Shown piece by piece: positions 40,100-50,214 of a DNA stretch of 64,000 nt. The stretch spans positions 172,002 to 236,001 of the forward strand of contig CAVRCI010000005.1 in NCBI GenBank assembly GCA_963719495.1, in the 5' to 3' direction. The DNA comes from an uncultured Verrucomicrobiae bacterium (lineage in GTDB: Bacteria; Verrucomicrobiota; Verrucomicrobiia; Chthoniobacterales; JAATET01). The notes under the pieces are model-generated. The model was not told the DNA's origin and made no database searches. It saw only the letters and a list, made by a program, of their open reading frames with translations. Within the stretch, counting starts at the first letter, position 1. Each line of letters begins with the position of its first letter. Position numbers and translations under genes: made by a program.

Positions 40100-41207
40100 T
40101 GGATTCCTCTTCGTCGCTCGGGCGGTTGGTGATCTGGCTCAAATCCGGTTCCGGCAACTCCCTCAACTTCACCCGAATTATCCGCGCTCGCAAGGCGTCG
40201 CGCGCTTCGGCGCTCATTTTTTGTTCGTTCGCTCCCTTCTGCAAATGCCCGGGCTGCGTCTCGATGAACAACTGGTCGATCTCGATGCGCGCCGTATCCG
40301 GAAAAAGCTCGAGGTCGATCCCGAGCTTGATGACCGATAGTAAATTGAGCGCCTCCTTCGAAGTCATCGAATGCGCGTTCGTCAGAATCCCATACGCCCG
40401 CCCGATCTGATCCAGCACGGTCGTCGGCCGCCGCTCGATCAACGTCTCCCGCGCGTTCCCCTCGTGCTCGATGATGTGTTCGATCACCTTCGTCAGTCGC
40501 GCGATGATGTCCTCCTCGCTCTCGCCAAGGGTCGTCTGATTCGACACCTGGAACAAATTCCCCATCGCCTCCGACCCCTCGCCGTGCAGCCCGCGGACGG
40601 CCAGGCCGATCTTGTTGACGGAATTCACGATCTTGTTGATCTGATCGCTCATCACGAGCCCCGGCAGGTGCAGCATCGCCGAGGCGCGCATCCCCGTTCC
40701 GACGTTCGTCGGGCAGGCGGTCAAATACCCCAGCCGGTCGTGGAAAGCATAGTCGAGCTGCTCCTCGAGCTCGGTGTCGGCCTTGGAGGCCAACTCGTAG
40801 GCGTTCTCGAGTTGAAGCCCGCAGCGAATCGCCTGCATGCGGAGGTGGTCTTCTTCGTTGATCATGAAACTGAGGGTCTGCTCGACGTTCATCACGACCG
40901 CGCTCCCCGCCCCCTTCGCGGCGTGCTCGCGGCTGATGAGATGCCGCTCCATCAGCACCTGGCGCTCCAGCGCCGTCAGCTCGGTCAGGTTCTGCGCGTA
41001 GGCCTCCCGCATCTCCGGCAGGGCCTCGATCGCGGGTCGAATGAGACCCAGCACGTGCTGGCGCTCCGCCCGCTTCGCCCAGCCCGGGAACGGGAGGTTG
41101 TTCAGATTCCGCGCCAACCGCACACGGCTGCTCACGACGATCTGACGGTTCGGACCGTCGCCCGACAACCACTCGCCGGCGTTCGCGATGATCTTCGCAA
41201 ATTTCAT
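40089..41207 (-). CDS. mcsB: Protein arginine kinase McsB
   Basis: SSRVRLARN, NEEDHLR, LTACPTNVGTG.RAS. Confidence 0.95.
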   Translation of the reverse strand: MKFAKIIANAGEWLSGDGPNRQIVVSSRVRLARNLNNLPFPGWAKRAERQHVLGLIRPAIEALPEMREAYAQNLTELTALERQVLMERHLISREHAAKGAGSAVVMNVEQTLSFMINEEDHLRMQAIRCGLQLENAYELASKADTELEEQLDYAFHDRLGYLTACPTNVGTGMRASAMLHLPGLVMSDQINKIVNSVNKIGLAVRGLHGEGSEAMGNLFQVSNQTTLGESEEDIIARLTKVIEHIIEHEGNARETLIERRPTTVLDQIGRAYGILTNAHSMTSKEALNLLSVIKLGIDLELFPDTARIEIDQLFIETQPGHLQKGANEQKMSAEARDALRARIIRVKLRELPEPDLSQITNRPSDEEESNDE

Positions 41208-41695
41208 CCCGTGATCTCCTCTTCGACCCGCTTGATCTCGTCCCGCAACTTCGCCGCGTCTTCGTAATCCTCGTCCGCCACGGCGCGCTCGAGCTCGGTC
41301 CGAAGCGTCTTCATCCGCGATCCGAGCTGGCGGGTCTTCGCCCGCCCCTCCGGCACCTTGCCGAGGTGCTCGGTCCCCTTGTGCATGTTCCCCAGCATCC
41401 CCATCAGACCCTCGGCGAACGTGTCGTAACACGCGCTGCAACCCAGCCGCCCGGTCTTTTTGAAATCGGCCTGCGTGAACCCACACACCGGACACTTCAC
41501 CGTCGCCGGACTCCGCTCGATCTGCTCCGCCGCGCCCAGCCCGTGCAGCAAATCCGCCAACGCAAACCCCGTCGGGTCATCCACCTTGTTGGCCTTCGAA
41601 CACGCGTCGCAGAGATTCACCTTCTGCATCTTTCCGTCGACGATCTCGGTCAAGAAGACGGTGGCCTCTTTCTCGCCGCAAACGTCACACTGCAT
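41204..41695 (-). CDS. mcsA: McsA (CxxC motifs + UVR domain)
   Basis: Four CxxC motifs, GRLGCSACY, EDYEDAAKLRD. Confidence 0.93.
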   Translation of the reverse strand: MQCDVCGEKEATVFLTEIVDGKMQKVNLCDACSKANKVDDPTGFALADLLHGLGAAEQIERSPATVKCPVCGFTQADFKKTGRLGCSACYDTFAEGLMGMLGNMHKGTEHLGKVPEGRAKTRQLGSRMKTLRTELERAVADEDYEDAAKLRDEIKRVEEEITG

Positions 41696-42567
41696 CAGTT
41701 ATCAATCGGGGTCCCCGTGGTCCCTGTCAACTCGCGGAATCTCGCCATCAAATCACGCGTCACCGGCCCGGGCCGCCCGTCTCCGATCGGCCGCCGGTCG
41801 AGCTCCGCCACCGGGATCACCTCCGCCGCCGTCCCGGTCAGAAAACACTCGTCCGCCGTGTAAATGTCATACCGCGTCATCTCCGGCTCGGAAATCTCCA
41901 GCCCGGCCGCCGCCGCCAATTCGAACACCACCTCGCGCGTGATCCCGGCCAGCGCCCCCGACGAAATCGGCGGCGTGTAAATTTTCCCCCGCTTCACGAT
42001 GAACACGTTGTCGCCCGTGCATTCCGCCACGTATCCCTGCTCGTTCAGCATCAGCCCCTCGCCCGCGCCCGCGTGCGTCGCCTCGATCTTGGCCAACACG
42101 TTGTTCAAGTAGTTCAGCGACTTCACCATCGGACTCAACGCCCCGTGGGGGATCCGCCGCGTCGCGCACGTCACGACCTTCAACCCATTCGCATACATCT
42201 CCGCCGGATACAACGTGATCGCCGCCGCGATCACGATCACCGTCGCCCGCGGGCAATGCTCCGGGCTCAACCCCAGGCTGCCCTCGCCCCGCGTCACCAC
42301 CAGCCGCACGTAACCGTCCCGCAACTCGTTGGCCCGGATCGTCTCCAGCACCGCCGCCGCCATCGCCGCCTTGTCCAAGGTTGGCTTCAAACAAATCGCC
42401 CGCGCCGAGTCGAACAACCGCTCCACGTGCTCCTCCAACCGAAACACCCGCCCACCGTAAAACCGGATCCCCTCGAACACTCCATCCCCGTAGAGCAACC
42501 CATGATCGAAAACGGAAATCTTCGCCTGCTCCCGAGGGAAAAGCTCCCCATCAATGTAAACCTTCAT
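41695..42567 (-). CDS. ilvE: Branched-chain amino acid aminotransferase
   Basis: DHGLLYGDGVFEG, KSLNYLN, GITR, FLTGTAAE. Confidence 0.95.
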   Translation of the reverse strand: MKVYIDGELFPREQAKISVFDHGLLYGDGVFEGIRFYGGRVFRLEEHVERLFDSARAICLKPTLDKAAMAAAVLETIRANELRDGYVRLVVTRGEGSLGLSPEHCPRATVIVIAAAITLYPAEMYANGLKVVTCATRRIPHGALSPMVKSLNYLNNVLAKIEATHAGAGEGLMLNEQGYVAECTGDNVFIVKRGKIYTPPISSGALAGITREVVFELAAAAGLEISEPEMTRYDIYTADECFLTGTAAEVIPVAELDRRPIGDGRPGPVTRDLMARFRELTGTTGTPIDN

Positions 42568-42639
42568 AGAAAAGCCGTGAATATGCCTCTCACCAAGAGC
42601 GCTGACAAGTGCGGCCACCCTCCAAACGCATTCCACCAT

Positions 42640-42744
42640 TCACCATTGACTCGCTGGCTCCCGCTCGTCTCGCCCTTCGGGCACCATCGCAAAGCCGATG
42701 GCGTCTGCCCCGAGGCTACCCAGCCTCCGGTGCTCACTGATCAC
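42640..42744. repeat. 105-bp structured repeat, copy A
   Basis: Aligns ungapped with 54463-54567. Confidence 0.9.
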
Positions 42745-42749
42745 CAGCT

Positions 42750-43835
42750 CTACGTCACCGCCAACGAACCCAGGAACAAATTCACGTTCCGTTCATTATC
42801 GTGCAGCGTCGCCACAAACCGCGCGCATTCCCGCTGACACCGCTCCAGCCGCTGCGAATCGTCCAGCAGCCCCCGGATCTCCTCCGCCCACGCGTCGAAA
42901 TTCCCATACCCAAAAACCCCCAGCCCAAACCGCCCAAACAGCTCATCCGAATTCACCGTCAGCGAAGCCAGAGCCGTCTCCCCCAATCCCGCCTGAATGA
43001 AGCTATTTGGCCACCCCTCGTAGGTCGACGTATTCACGAAAATCCGCGCCGCGTCGTAGTGCCTCTGCGCCTCGTGATAAGGCACCCGTTCGATGAACGT
43101 CACGTTCGCGATCCCCGCCGCCCGCGCCGCCACCGACTCCCACAGCTCCGCGTCCTCCCGCACGCACACCATCACGCACTTCGTCCCCGGCAGCCGCTCC
43201 GCCAGATCCAGGAACAGATGCGGCCGCTTGATCGCCTGACACCGCGCGACCCACAGCAGATCCACCGACTTCTCCGCCGTCCGTGGCGCGCTCCGCGGCA
43301 AAATCAGATTTCGATACATCCCGCAATGCATCCCCGCCGCGACAAAAAGATCCGCCTGGTGCTCCGTCATCGCCATCCGCAGATCCGCGTTCCGCACCCC
43401 CCGCTCGAAGACCGCGCCCCGCACCGGATTTTCCCGCCGAAACTCCCCGTTCACCTCCGTATCCAGCCCGCAGATGAAAATCACCCGATACCAGAAAATC
43501 CCGCGAAACCACTCCAGCACCGTCAGCCACGTCGTCCACCCCAGCACCACCACGAAATCCGGCCGCTCCTCCCGCACGATCCCGATCACCCGCGGCAACG
43601 CCCCCAACGCATCCCGCAAACCGCCCGTCTGAAACTTCCCCCCATTCCGCAGCCGCACCCCCTCCGCCACCGAATCCTCCTGCCCCACGTCCCCCCCGAC
43701 CACCACGACCTCGTGCCCCCGCGCCGCCAGCTCGCGAGCCAGCAGCGCGACCTGCAACTCCGCCCCGCCCGACACCCGGTCCCGGCTCCGATCCAGGATC
43801 AGATGCGCGTAACTCGACAGAAAAAGAATCTTCAT
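42750..43835 (-). CDS. GT4 glycosyltransferase
   Basis: GGAELQ; KRP; NTSTYEGWPNSFIQA. Confidence 0.85.
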   Translation of the reverse strand: MKILFLSSYAHLILDRSRDRVSGGAELQVALLARELAARGHEVVVVGGDVGQEDSVAEGVRLRNGGKFQTGGLRDALGALPRVIGIVREERPDFVVVLGWTTWLTVLEWFRGIFWYRVIFICGLDTEVNGEFRRENPVRGAVFERGVRNADLRMAMTEHQADLFVAAGMHCGMYRNLILPRSAPRTAEKSVDLLWVARCQAIKRPHLFLDLAERLPGTKCVMVCVREDAELWESVAARAAGIANVTFIERVPYHEAQRHYDAARIFVNTSTYEGWPNSFIQAGLGETALASLTVNSDELFGRFGLGVFGYGNFDAWAEEIRGLLDDSQRLERCQRECARFVATLHDNERNVNLFLGSLAVT

Positions 43836-44845
43836 CGCACCAAAGCCCCCCCCATCCGCACCCACGGCAAAGCCAAGAAATCCCCCACCGACTCCCGCCG
43901 CAAAGCCTTGAGAAAGCCATCCGCCCGACCCGCCGCCCGCGCCCGGCAGAACAGCGTGTAATTCTGATCCGCGACCACGCCCCGCAAACCCGGCAACCCC
44001 GACCGACCGCGCAAAAACCCCCGCCTCAACTCCGCCACCGCCGCGAAATAGTCCCCCCAGTCCCCCGGCCACCGGCCCGACCACGCCCCGGCGATCATTT
44101 CCACGGCCGCCCCCGCCAGCCCCGGAGCCGCCGCCCGCAGATTCTCCCGCAAGCACTCCGCCACGTCCGCATTCTCAGTTCCCCCAGACCCCCCAAGCCC
44201 CCCAGAATTCGCCACCGCCATGATCGAGCGCCCATGCTGACGATACTTCACCAGCGGCCGCCGCAAAGTCACCACCGGAAATTCCCGCCCCACCCGCGAC
44301 CAAAGATCCAGATCCTCCGAAGCCCGCCGATCCCGGTAACCCCCAAAGCGTTCCACCACCACCTTCCGCCGAAAAAACGCCGAACTGTGCGCAAACGGCG
44401 TCCGGAAATTCAGCTCCCACCGCACCAGATCCGCCGATCCCCCCGTCCGCCAGCGCCCCGCATACCGCCCCCCGTCCGTCACCAACCCCGCGTCCGACCC
44501 AATCAGTGGAACCGCCGGATTCCCCCGCGCAAAAGCGACCTGCTCCGCCAACCGATCCCGCGAGCAAAGGTCATCCGCATCCAGCCGAGCGACAAACTCC
44601 CCCCGAGCCTCCGCCAGCCCTCGATTCAAAGAAGCCACCAGCCCAAAATTTTCCCCATTCCGCAAAATCCGAATCCGCGAATCCCCGACGGCCTCCGCGG
44701 TCTCCGCACTCCCATCCGAAGACCCATCATCCACCACCAAAACCTCGAAATCCCGAAAAGACTGCCCACCCACACTCCCCAAAGCCCCCCCCAAATGAGC
44801 CACCCCATTGAAGACCGGCAAAAGCACCGTCACCACCACACTCAC
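43832..44845 (-). CDS. GT2 glycosyltransferase
   Basis: VLLPVFN, VVDDGSSD, ARLDADD, EDLDLW. Confidence 0.9.
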   Translation of the reverse strand: MSVVVTVLLPVFNGVAHLGGALGSVGGQSFRDFEVLVVDDGSSDGSAETAEAVGDSRIRILRNGENFGLVASLNRGLAEARGEFVARLDADDLCSRDRLAEQVAFARGNPAVPLIGSDAGLVTDGGRYAGRWRTGGSADLVRWELNFRTPFAHSSAFFRRKVVVERFGGYRDRRASEDLDLWSRVGREFPVVTLRRPLVKYRQHGRSIMAVANSGGLGGSGGTENADVAECLRENLRAAAPGLAGAAVEMIAGAWSGRWPGDWGDYFAAVAELRRGFLRGRSGLPGLRGVVADQNYTLFCRARAAGRADGFLKALRRESVGDFLALPWVRMGGALVR

Positions 44846-46044
44846 CCCGCCTTCCCTCCCCATTCGCGTCCATTCGCGTCTATTCGCGGTTCCAACCTCA
44901 CCCCCAACTCCAAAAAAATCTCCGCGTGCCGATTCACCCACCGTCGCTGATCGAACGACCGCCCCGCCCAATCCCGTGCCGCCTGCGAGAACCGCTCCCG
45001 ATCCGCAAGAATCCTCTCCACCCCATCCGCCATCGCCCCCGCGTCCGGCGCGTGATCCCCCGTCCAATCATCCGGCACGTCCACCAGAACGCCGCAATCC
45101 TCCGGCACCAGCTCCGGCATCCCCCCGCTCCGCGACCCCACCACCGGCACGCCGCAAGCCATCGCCTCGATCGGCACCGTCGGACACGGATCCTTGTATT
45201 TCGGATGAAGCAGAACGTCGGCATCGCGATAGATCCCCGGAGCCTCCTCCTGCGTAAACCGCGGCAAAAACCGCACCCGCTCCCCCACCCCGACGCGTTC
45301 CAGATAAGCCGCACACTCCACGTCCGCCCCCGCCCACCGAAGCTCCCCCGCCACCGTCAACCGGGCATCCACCCCCCGCCGAACCAGCTCCACCAGACAA
45401 TCCACCGAACCCCGCAACCTGTAGAACGAATGACAAGTCCCCATCGCCAACAGCCGAGGGGTCAGTCCGTTCATTGGTTCAGAATGATCATTCCCCGGCG
45501 AGAACCGCCCCACGTCCACCGGATTCCAAAGCACTTCGCCCGGCACCGCCACCGATCCCAAATACCGATCCGCCGACCGTCGGCAAAACTCACTCTGATA
45601 AATCACGTAATCCGCCCGCCCGATGCACCGCCGCATCGGCTCGTTGAACCAAGGATAAAACGCCCCGCACCAAGCCGAATAAGCCACCCCATTCTGATTC
45701 CACACCACCGGCACCCCCCGCCGCTTCGCCCACGCCACCAACTCCTCCACGTGCGGAATCAAGTGCAGCAAACTGCTCACCAAATAAATCACCGAAAAAC
45801 CATCCCGCGCCTCGCCGAAGCGTTCGCGCAAATGCCCCAGCTTCACCCCGCCCCCAATCCGCGTTTCCGCAACCCGGTGCGGCTCCTCGATCCAGCCAAA
45901 ATTCAACCCGGCCCGCCCCGGCTCCAAACGATCAAGCCGCCTCCGGTAAGCCCCCGCCCCACGAGCATACATCGCCGTCCGCAGCAACTCCCGCGCCCCA
46001 TACTTCACCGCCGCCGCCGCCGACACCGGCTCCACCACCCTCAC
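44842..46044 (-). CDS. GT4 glycosyltransferase
   Basis: NPVD..RF.P; DPCPTVPIEAMACGVPVV. Confidence 0.88.
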   Translation of the reverse strand: MRVVEPVSAAAAVKYGARELLRTAMYARGAGAYRRRLDRLEPGRAGLNFGWIEEPHRVAETRIGGGVKLGHLRERFGEARDGFSVIYLVSSLLHLIPHVEELVAWAKRRGVPVVWNQNGVAYSAWCGAFYPWFNEPMRRCIGRADYVIYQSEFCRRSADRYLGSVAVPGEVLWNPVDVGRFSPGNDHSEPMNGLTPRLLAMGTCHSFYRLRGSVDCLVELVRRGVDARLTVAGELRWAGADVECAAYLERVGVGERVRFLPRFTQEEAPGIYRDADVLLHPKYKDPCPTVPIEAMACGVPVVGSRSGGMPELVPEDCGVLVDVPDDWTGDHAPDAGAMADGVERILADRERFSQAARDWAGRSFDQRRWVNRHAEIFLELGVRLEPRIDANGREWGGKAG

Positions 46045-46838
46045 GCCCACGGCAAATCCCTCCCGAGCAATGCCGCCAACCGCGAATCGTGCGCCGCGTA
46101 AAACTCGCGCAACCGCCGCTCGGTCTCCGGTCGCATCACCTCCGCGATCTTTCCATCCCGCGCCACCGCCACCGGCGGTAACTCGCGCACCTCCAATCCC
46201 AAATACCGCTGCACCTCGGCCAGCACCTCCTCCGTCCGCGCAAAAAAATCTTCACTTAGCACGAAAAGACACTGCTCCCGCGGCCAGACCGCCAGCCAGC
46301 GCTCCAGGATCCGCGCATACATTCCAATCGCCACGTAACGCACCGGATTCCGATTCACCCGCTCCACCGAATCGATCAAAGGCACCAACCGGTCGTCCGA
46401 CAACCAATCGATCGCCCGCTCCACGACCTCGTCGAATACCCCGGTCTCCGTCCCAAAATTCCGAAACATCCAATAATCCGACCAAGCCCGCCGCACCGGA
46501 TCCCTCAACAAAAAAACAAGCCGCGCCTCCGGAACCACCGCCCGCACGTTCCCCGGCCCATCCGGATGCGAGAAATACTCCACGCTCGCGTCACCAACCG
46601 CAAAGCCACCCGTCCTCAGCGGAAAATTCATCGCCGACCGCAGCCGGCTCCCCGGATAATGTAAAAAATTAGTCGGCTCCTTCCGCGCCCCCCGCCGCAC
46701 ACCCGGGTGCCCCGCCAAATAATCGTAAAGCGTCGAAGTCCCACACTTAGGAGCCCCCGCGATCACGAACGAAGGCAAAGCCCGCAACGGAGCGGTCCCG
46801 AGCCGCCAAGCCTTTGCTATCTCTTCCTGCATCGTCAT
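46041..46838 (-). CDS. PAPS-dependent sulfotransferase
   Basis: 5'-PSB GAPKCGTST; 3'-PB LRDPVRRAWS. Confidence 0.9.
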   Translation of the reverse strand: MTMQEEIAKAWRLGTAPLRALPSFVIAGAPKCGTSTLYDYLAGHPGVRRGARKEPTNFLHYPGSRLRSAMNFPLRTGGFAVGDASVEYFSHPDGPGNVRAVVPEARLVFLLRDPVRRAWSDYWMFRNFGTETGVFDEVVERAIDWLSDDRLVPLIDSVERVNRNPVRYVAIGMYARILERWLAVWPREQCLFVLSEDFFARTEEVLAEVQRYLGLEVRELPPVAVARDGKIAEVMRPETERRLREFYAAHDSRLAALLGRDLPWA

Positions 46839-47953
46839 TCCCTTCGCGCCTTTACGGCTTCGAGTGACCCTAATTCACCCTCGATCCGCCCCGCGATCCG
46901 ATCCGCCACCGCCGCCCAAGTGAACCGCTCAATCGCCATCGCCCGCCCCGCCGCGCCCATCCGCGCCCGCAGATCCGGATCACGCAGCAGACGAATCAGT
47001 TTCTCCGCAAGCCCGTCGACGCCCACCAAAAAACCCGTCTCGCCGTCGATCACGCGTTCAACGTTCCCGCCCACCGGCGTCGCCACCACCGGCAACCCAA
47101 ACCCCGCCGCCTCCGCCAGCACGGAAGCCGAAGGATCCATCCGACTCGGCAAACAGAACACGTCCGCATCCCGGTAACAGGCTTCGGTCTCCTCCCGCGA
47201 CAACCGCCCACGCACGGTAATCCCCTCACCCGCGACCCCCGGCGAACACCCCACGATCACCAACTCCGCGTCCGGCAATTCCTTCCGCACCGCCCGAAAA
47301 GCCCGCACCAACTCCGGTCCACCCTTCCGCTCCCAGTCCACCCCTACGAAAAGGACGCGCCGCCCCGGTGCCTTCACCCCGACGTCGCCCCAATCAACGT
47401 TCGAACCCGAGCCAACGTTCATTACCCGAGCCGCCGCCACCCCGTAATCCTCCCGCACCGAGACTGCCGCAAACTCGCTTGAAACAAACGCGCAGGCCGC
47501 GTTCGAATAAAGCCCCCGCTCCATCACCCGCCAACCCTCCGCGACCGGCAACGAGGGCCGCCGCTCCGCGTATCGTCCATTAGCCAGATAAGTGTGATCC
47601 GTGTAAACAAAGTGAGTCACCCCCGGACACGAAGCATCGAATAGAGACTGCGTTTGCAAAGTAAAATCAGCGCCACCCACCTCACGCCGCGACCAATCGC
47701 GAATCGCCCGCAGCACCACCGGCAACCGAGGAAAAAAATCCCGAGGCAGCACCCGCCCCTTCACGATCCGCGAGCCATACCGCACGGCCGCCTCCACCGT
47801 CGCCCGAGCCGTCAGCCAAGCATCCGCCCGCACAATTTCCCGCTCCACGTCCACCTCCCGCCACTCCACGTCCCCCATCCGCTCCCGCAAAGCCGCAAGC
47901 AGAGCCGCATTGATCAAAGAAAACTCCCCAATCCGAAAGTAGACGGCCCTCAC
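46835..47953 (-). CDS. GT4 glycosyltransferase
   Basis: LFVGVDWERKGG; PSRMDPSASVLAEAAGFGLPVV. Confidence 0.88.
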   Translation of the reverse strand: MRAVYFRIGEFSLINAALLAALRERMGDVEWREVDVEREIVRADAWLTARATVEAAVRYGSRIVKGRVLPRDFFPRLPVVLRAIRDWSRREVGGADFTLQTQSLFDASCPGVTHFVYTDHTYLANGRYAERRPSLPVAEGWRVMERGLYSNAACAFVSSEFAAVSVREDYGVAAARVMNVGSGSNVDWGDVGVKAPGRRVLFVGVDWERKGGPELVRAFRAVRKELPDAELVIVGCSPGVAGEGITVRGRLSREETEACYRDADVFCLPSRMDPSASVLAEAAGFGLPVVATPVGGNVERVIDGETGFLVGVDGLAEKLIRLLRDPDLRARMGAAGRAMAIERFTWAAVADRIAGRIEGELGSLEAVKARRE

Positions 47954-48136
47954 AAGGCACTCCCTCCCCCAACCCCTGTTAGATTGCGGACCACAAACGC
48001 ACAGCCGAGTTGAGAAGCCGGCAATGAACGAGCGGCGCCAGCCGTCCCCATCTGGCATTTGGAGGGCGAGGCTCTGCCGAGCCGTGGCTTCCTCGATGGA
48101 TTCTGCGCCACAGGAGGCGATGGTATCGCCAACGAC

Positions 48137-48161
48137 GCGAAACATCTCTGGCTTCTCACCG
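48137..48161 (+). repeat. 3' half copy of TGTCAT-hairpin repeat
   Basis: GCGAAACATCTCTGGCTTCTCACCG. Confidence 0.75.
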
Positions 48162-48177
48162 AACCCAACCCGACCAC

Positions 48178-49272
48178 CTAAGCCCCCACCAAATCTTGAA
48201 CCGCCGCCAAATGCGCCGTCGCCACCACCCGCGTTGAATAGAACTCCTCGACCACAGCCCGAGCCGCATCCCCGGCAACCCGCCGCTCCCCCTCCCCCAT
48301 CCCAATCACCTCGTCCAAAGCCGCCCCCCAAGCCGCCTCGTCGTGACAAAGCCGAACCGCCCCAGCCCCCGCCCGCTCCGCCAAGTCGCGATAACTAGGC
48401 ACCGGACTCGCAATCGCCGGCAACCCACAAGCCATCCCGAGCGAAATTTTCCACTCGGTGTGCCCCAGGTTATACGGCGTATCCAAAAACCGAGGCGAGA
48501 CGACCACCCCGCCCTCCGAATATCGATCCAACAAATTTTCGATCCCCGAAAACCGGTGAAACGAATGCGGCACCGCCTCCAGCAACCGATCGAACCGCAC
48601 CCGCACCTCATCCGGCCACGCCCGCAAAGCCGCCAAATCACCGGTCACCAACCGCAAATGCACCCGCTCCCGACAACTAAGCAGAGCCTCCTCCACGGCC
48701 AGAAATTCACAAAGTTTCTCCGCCATCCCGCTCCACCAAAGATTGAGCCGCCCATCCTTGCGCGGACGCCCGCCCTGGCTCCGCGGTACCAAACGAAAAT
48801 CAACGTTGTCTGGGACCCAAACGACGCGCTCATTGTATTCACCGCAAACCCCCGCCAAATGCCGGGACGAAGCGATCACCAAATCGACCTCCCGCGTCAT
48901 CTCGACCGCATCCGCCCGCTGCCGCGCCGTCGGAGCCATCGCCCCAAACCGACTCTCGCCCGCAAACTCAGAGTAGTAATCCACGTTCGCCTCGAAGATC
49001 ACCCGAGTCCCCTGTTCACGCAGCAACGCCGCCAACTCCCGACACCGCTCGCCCATCGACTTGAGAAAGACCACCGCATCGTAAACCCGACCGGGGCGGT
49101 AAAGCTCATAGTCCGCCCGCCCCTTTAATTCCCGCGAAATCCACCGGAACCGCATGAAGCTCATCGGCGAAGCCGAATCATCCCACCCCAGAAACAAATG
49201 CCACGGCCGCATCCCCAGCCCCAAAGCCGCCACCTCCGGCACCCGCCCATTGATCACAAACCCCACCTTCAT
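48178..49272 (-). CDS. GT-B (GT4-like) glycosyltransferase
   Basis: KISLGMACGLPAIASPVPSY. Confidence 0.75.
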   Translation of the reverse strand: MKVGFVINGRVPEVAALGLGMRPWHLFLGWDDSASPMSFMRFRWISRELKGRADYELYRPGRVYDAVVFLKSMGERCRELAALLREQGTRVIFEANVDYYSEFAGESRFGAMAPTARQRADAVEMTREVDLVIASSRHLAGVCGEYNERVVWVPDNVDFRLVPRSQGGRPRKDGRLNLWWSGMAEKLCEFLAVEEALLSCRERVHLRLVTGDLAALRAWPDEVRVRFDRLLEAVPHSFHRFSGIENLLDRYSEGGVVVSPRFLDTPYNLGHTEWKISLGMACGLPAIASPVPSYRDLAERAGAGAVRLCHDEAAWGAALDEVIGMGEGERRVAGDAARAVVEEFYSTRVVATAHLAAVQDLVGA

Positions 49273-49310
49273 CAAACGAAACCAAGCGCCGTCAGGCGCG
49301 CCCCAGCCCC

Positions 49311-49355
49311 CAACCTGTCATGCTGAGCAAAGCGAAGCATCTCTGGCTTCTCACC
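49311..49355 (+). repeat. TGTCAT-hairpin repeat, copy 9 (solo)
   Basis: CAACCTGTCATGCTGAGCAAAGCGAAGCATCTCTGGCTTCTCACC. Confidence 0.9.
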
Positions 49356-49380
49356 CACATGAAAATCGTCGTCACCACGA

Positions 49381-50214
49381 TCAACATTCCCCGCGATTAA
49401 AAAAACCCGCCACATCCTCCGAGACCAGCTCGCCCCGGCAATACTTCTCCTGTTTCCAATCCTTAGCCTTCGGCCCACCCAAGCGCTCCCGCACCCGAGC
49501 CCACACCTTCCGCCACGACCACGCGTGCCGATCCATGATGTTCAGCCGAGTCTCGCCATCCGCGGCGTCCAGCGAAGAACGCCGCAGAAAACACAGGTGC
49601 AAACAACGAAAATCCGCCTCACCCCAACTCACCTCGTCGTGCAACCCACGCCGCAGCGAAGCATCGAAGCCATCGCGGAAATGAATCGTCCCGCCATTCA
49701 GCCGTTCCACGACATCCCGACCTTCCCACCGCGTAATCAGAGCAAAGTTGTAGAGCTTCGTCATGCTGCGGCAGGGCGGAGCCAAATAACCATCCGCCCG
49801 CCGCGACCCGCCGTCCCCAAGCGCTCGAACGTTGAGCACGTTACCAAAAATCACCCACCAATCATCGAACTCACCCGCCTCGAGCCGCGCGCGAAACCTA
49901 AGCAGCCCAGCCGGATCGTAGATTTCGTCACCGTCGACACCAAAGACCCAAGTCCGCTCCCGGCCGACGTAAGGCAGCAACCGCGCCTGCGATTCCCGCG
50001 AATCCCTAATTTTAGTGACCTCGACCTGCTCGGGGAATTCGCTCCCAAGCTTGGCTAGAATCTCAGCCGTCCCGTCCCGCGAGCCATGATCGCAAATCAA
50101 AAACTTATCGCAGAACCCCAGCGCATTCCGCACCGCCCGCTCGACGAACCGATCCTCGTCTCGCACCAGCATCGATCCAATGATCGTCACAGGTTTGATC
50201 TCAGCGGACGCCAC
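49381..50214 (-). CDS. GT2-like glycosyltransferase
   Basis: MLVRDED, DHGSRDGT, VDGDE. Confidence 0.8.
   Translation of the reverse strand: MASAEIKPVTIIGSMLVRDEDRFVERAVRNALGFCDKFLICDHGSRDGTAEILAKLGSEFPEQVEVTKIRDSRESQARLLPYVGRERTWVFGVDGDEIYDPAGLLRFRARLEAGEFDDWWVIFGNVLNVRALGDGGSRRADGYLAPPCRSMTKLYNFALITRWEGRDVVERLNGGTIHFRDGFDASLRRGLHDEVSWGEADFRCLHLCFLRRSSLDAADGETRLNIMDRHAWSWRKVWARVRERLGGPKAKDWKQEKYCRGELVSEDVAGFFNRGEC

Noticed and set aside
37604..42567. mcsA-mcsB-clpC outside Firmicutes, without ctsR
   Set aside because: Already known in PVC-group bacteria; not novel
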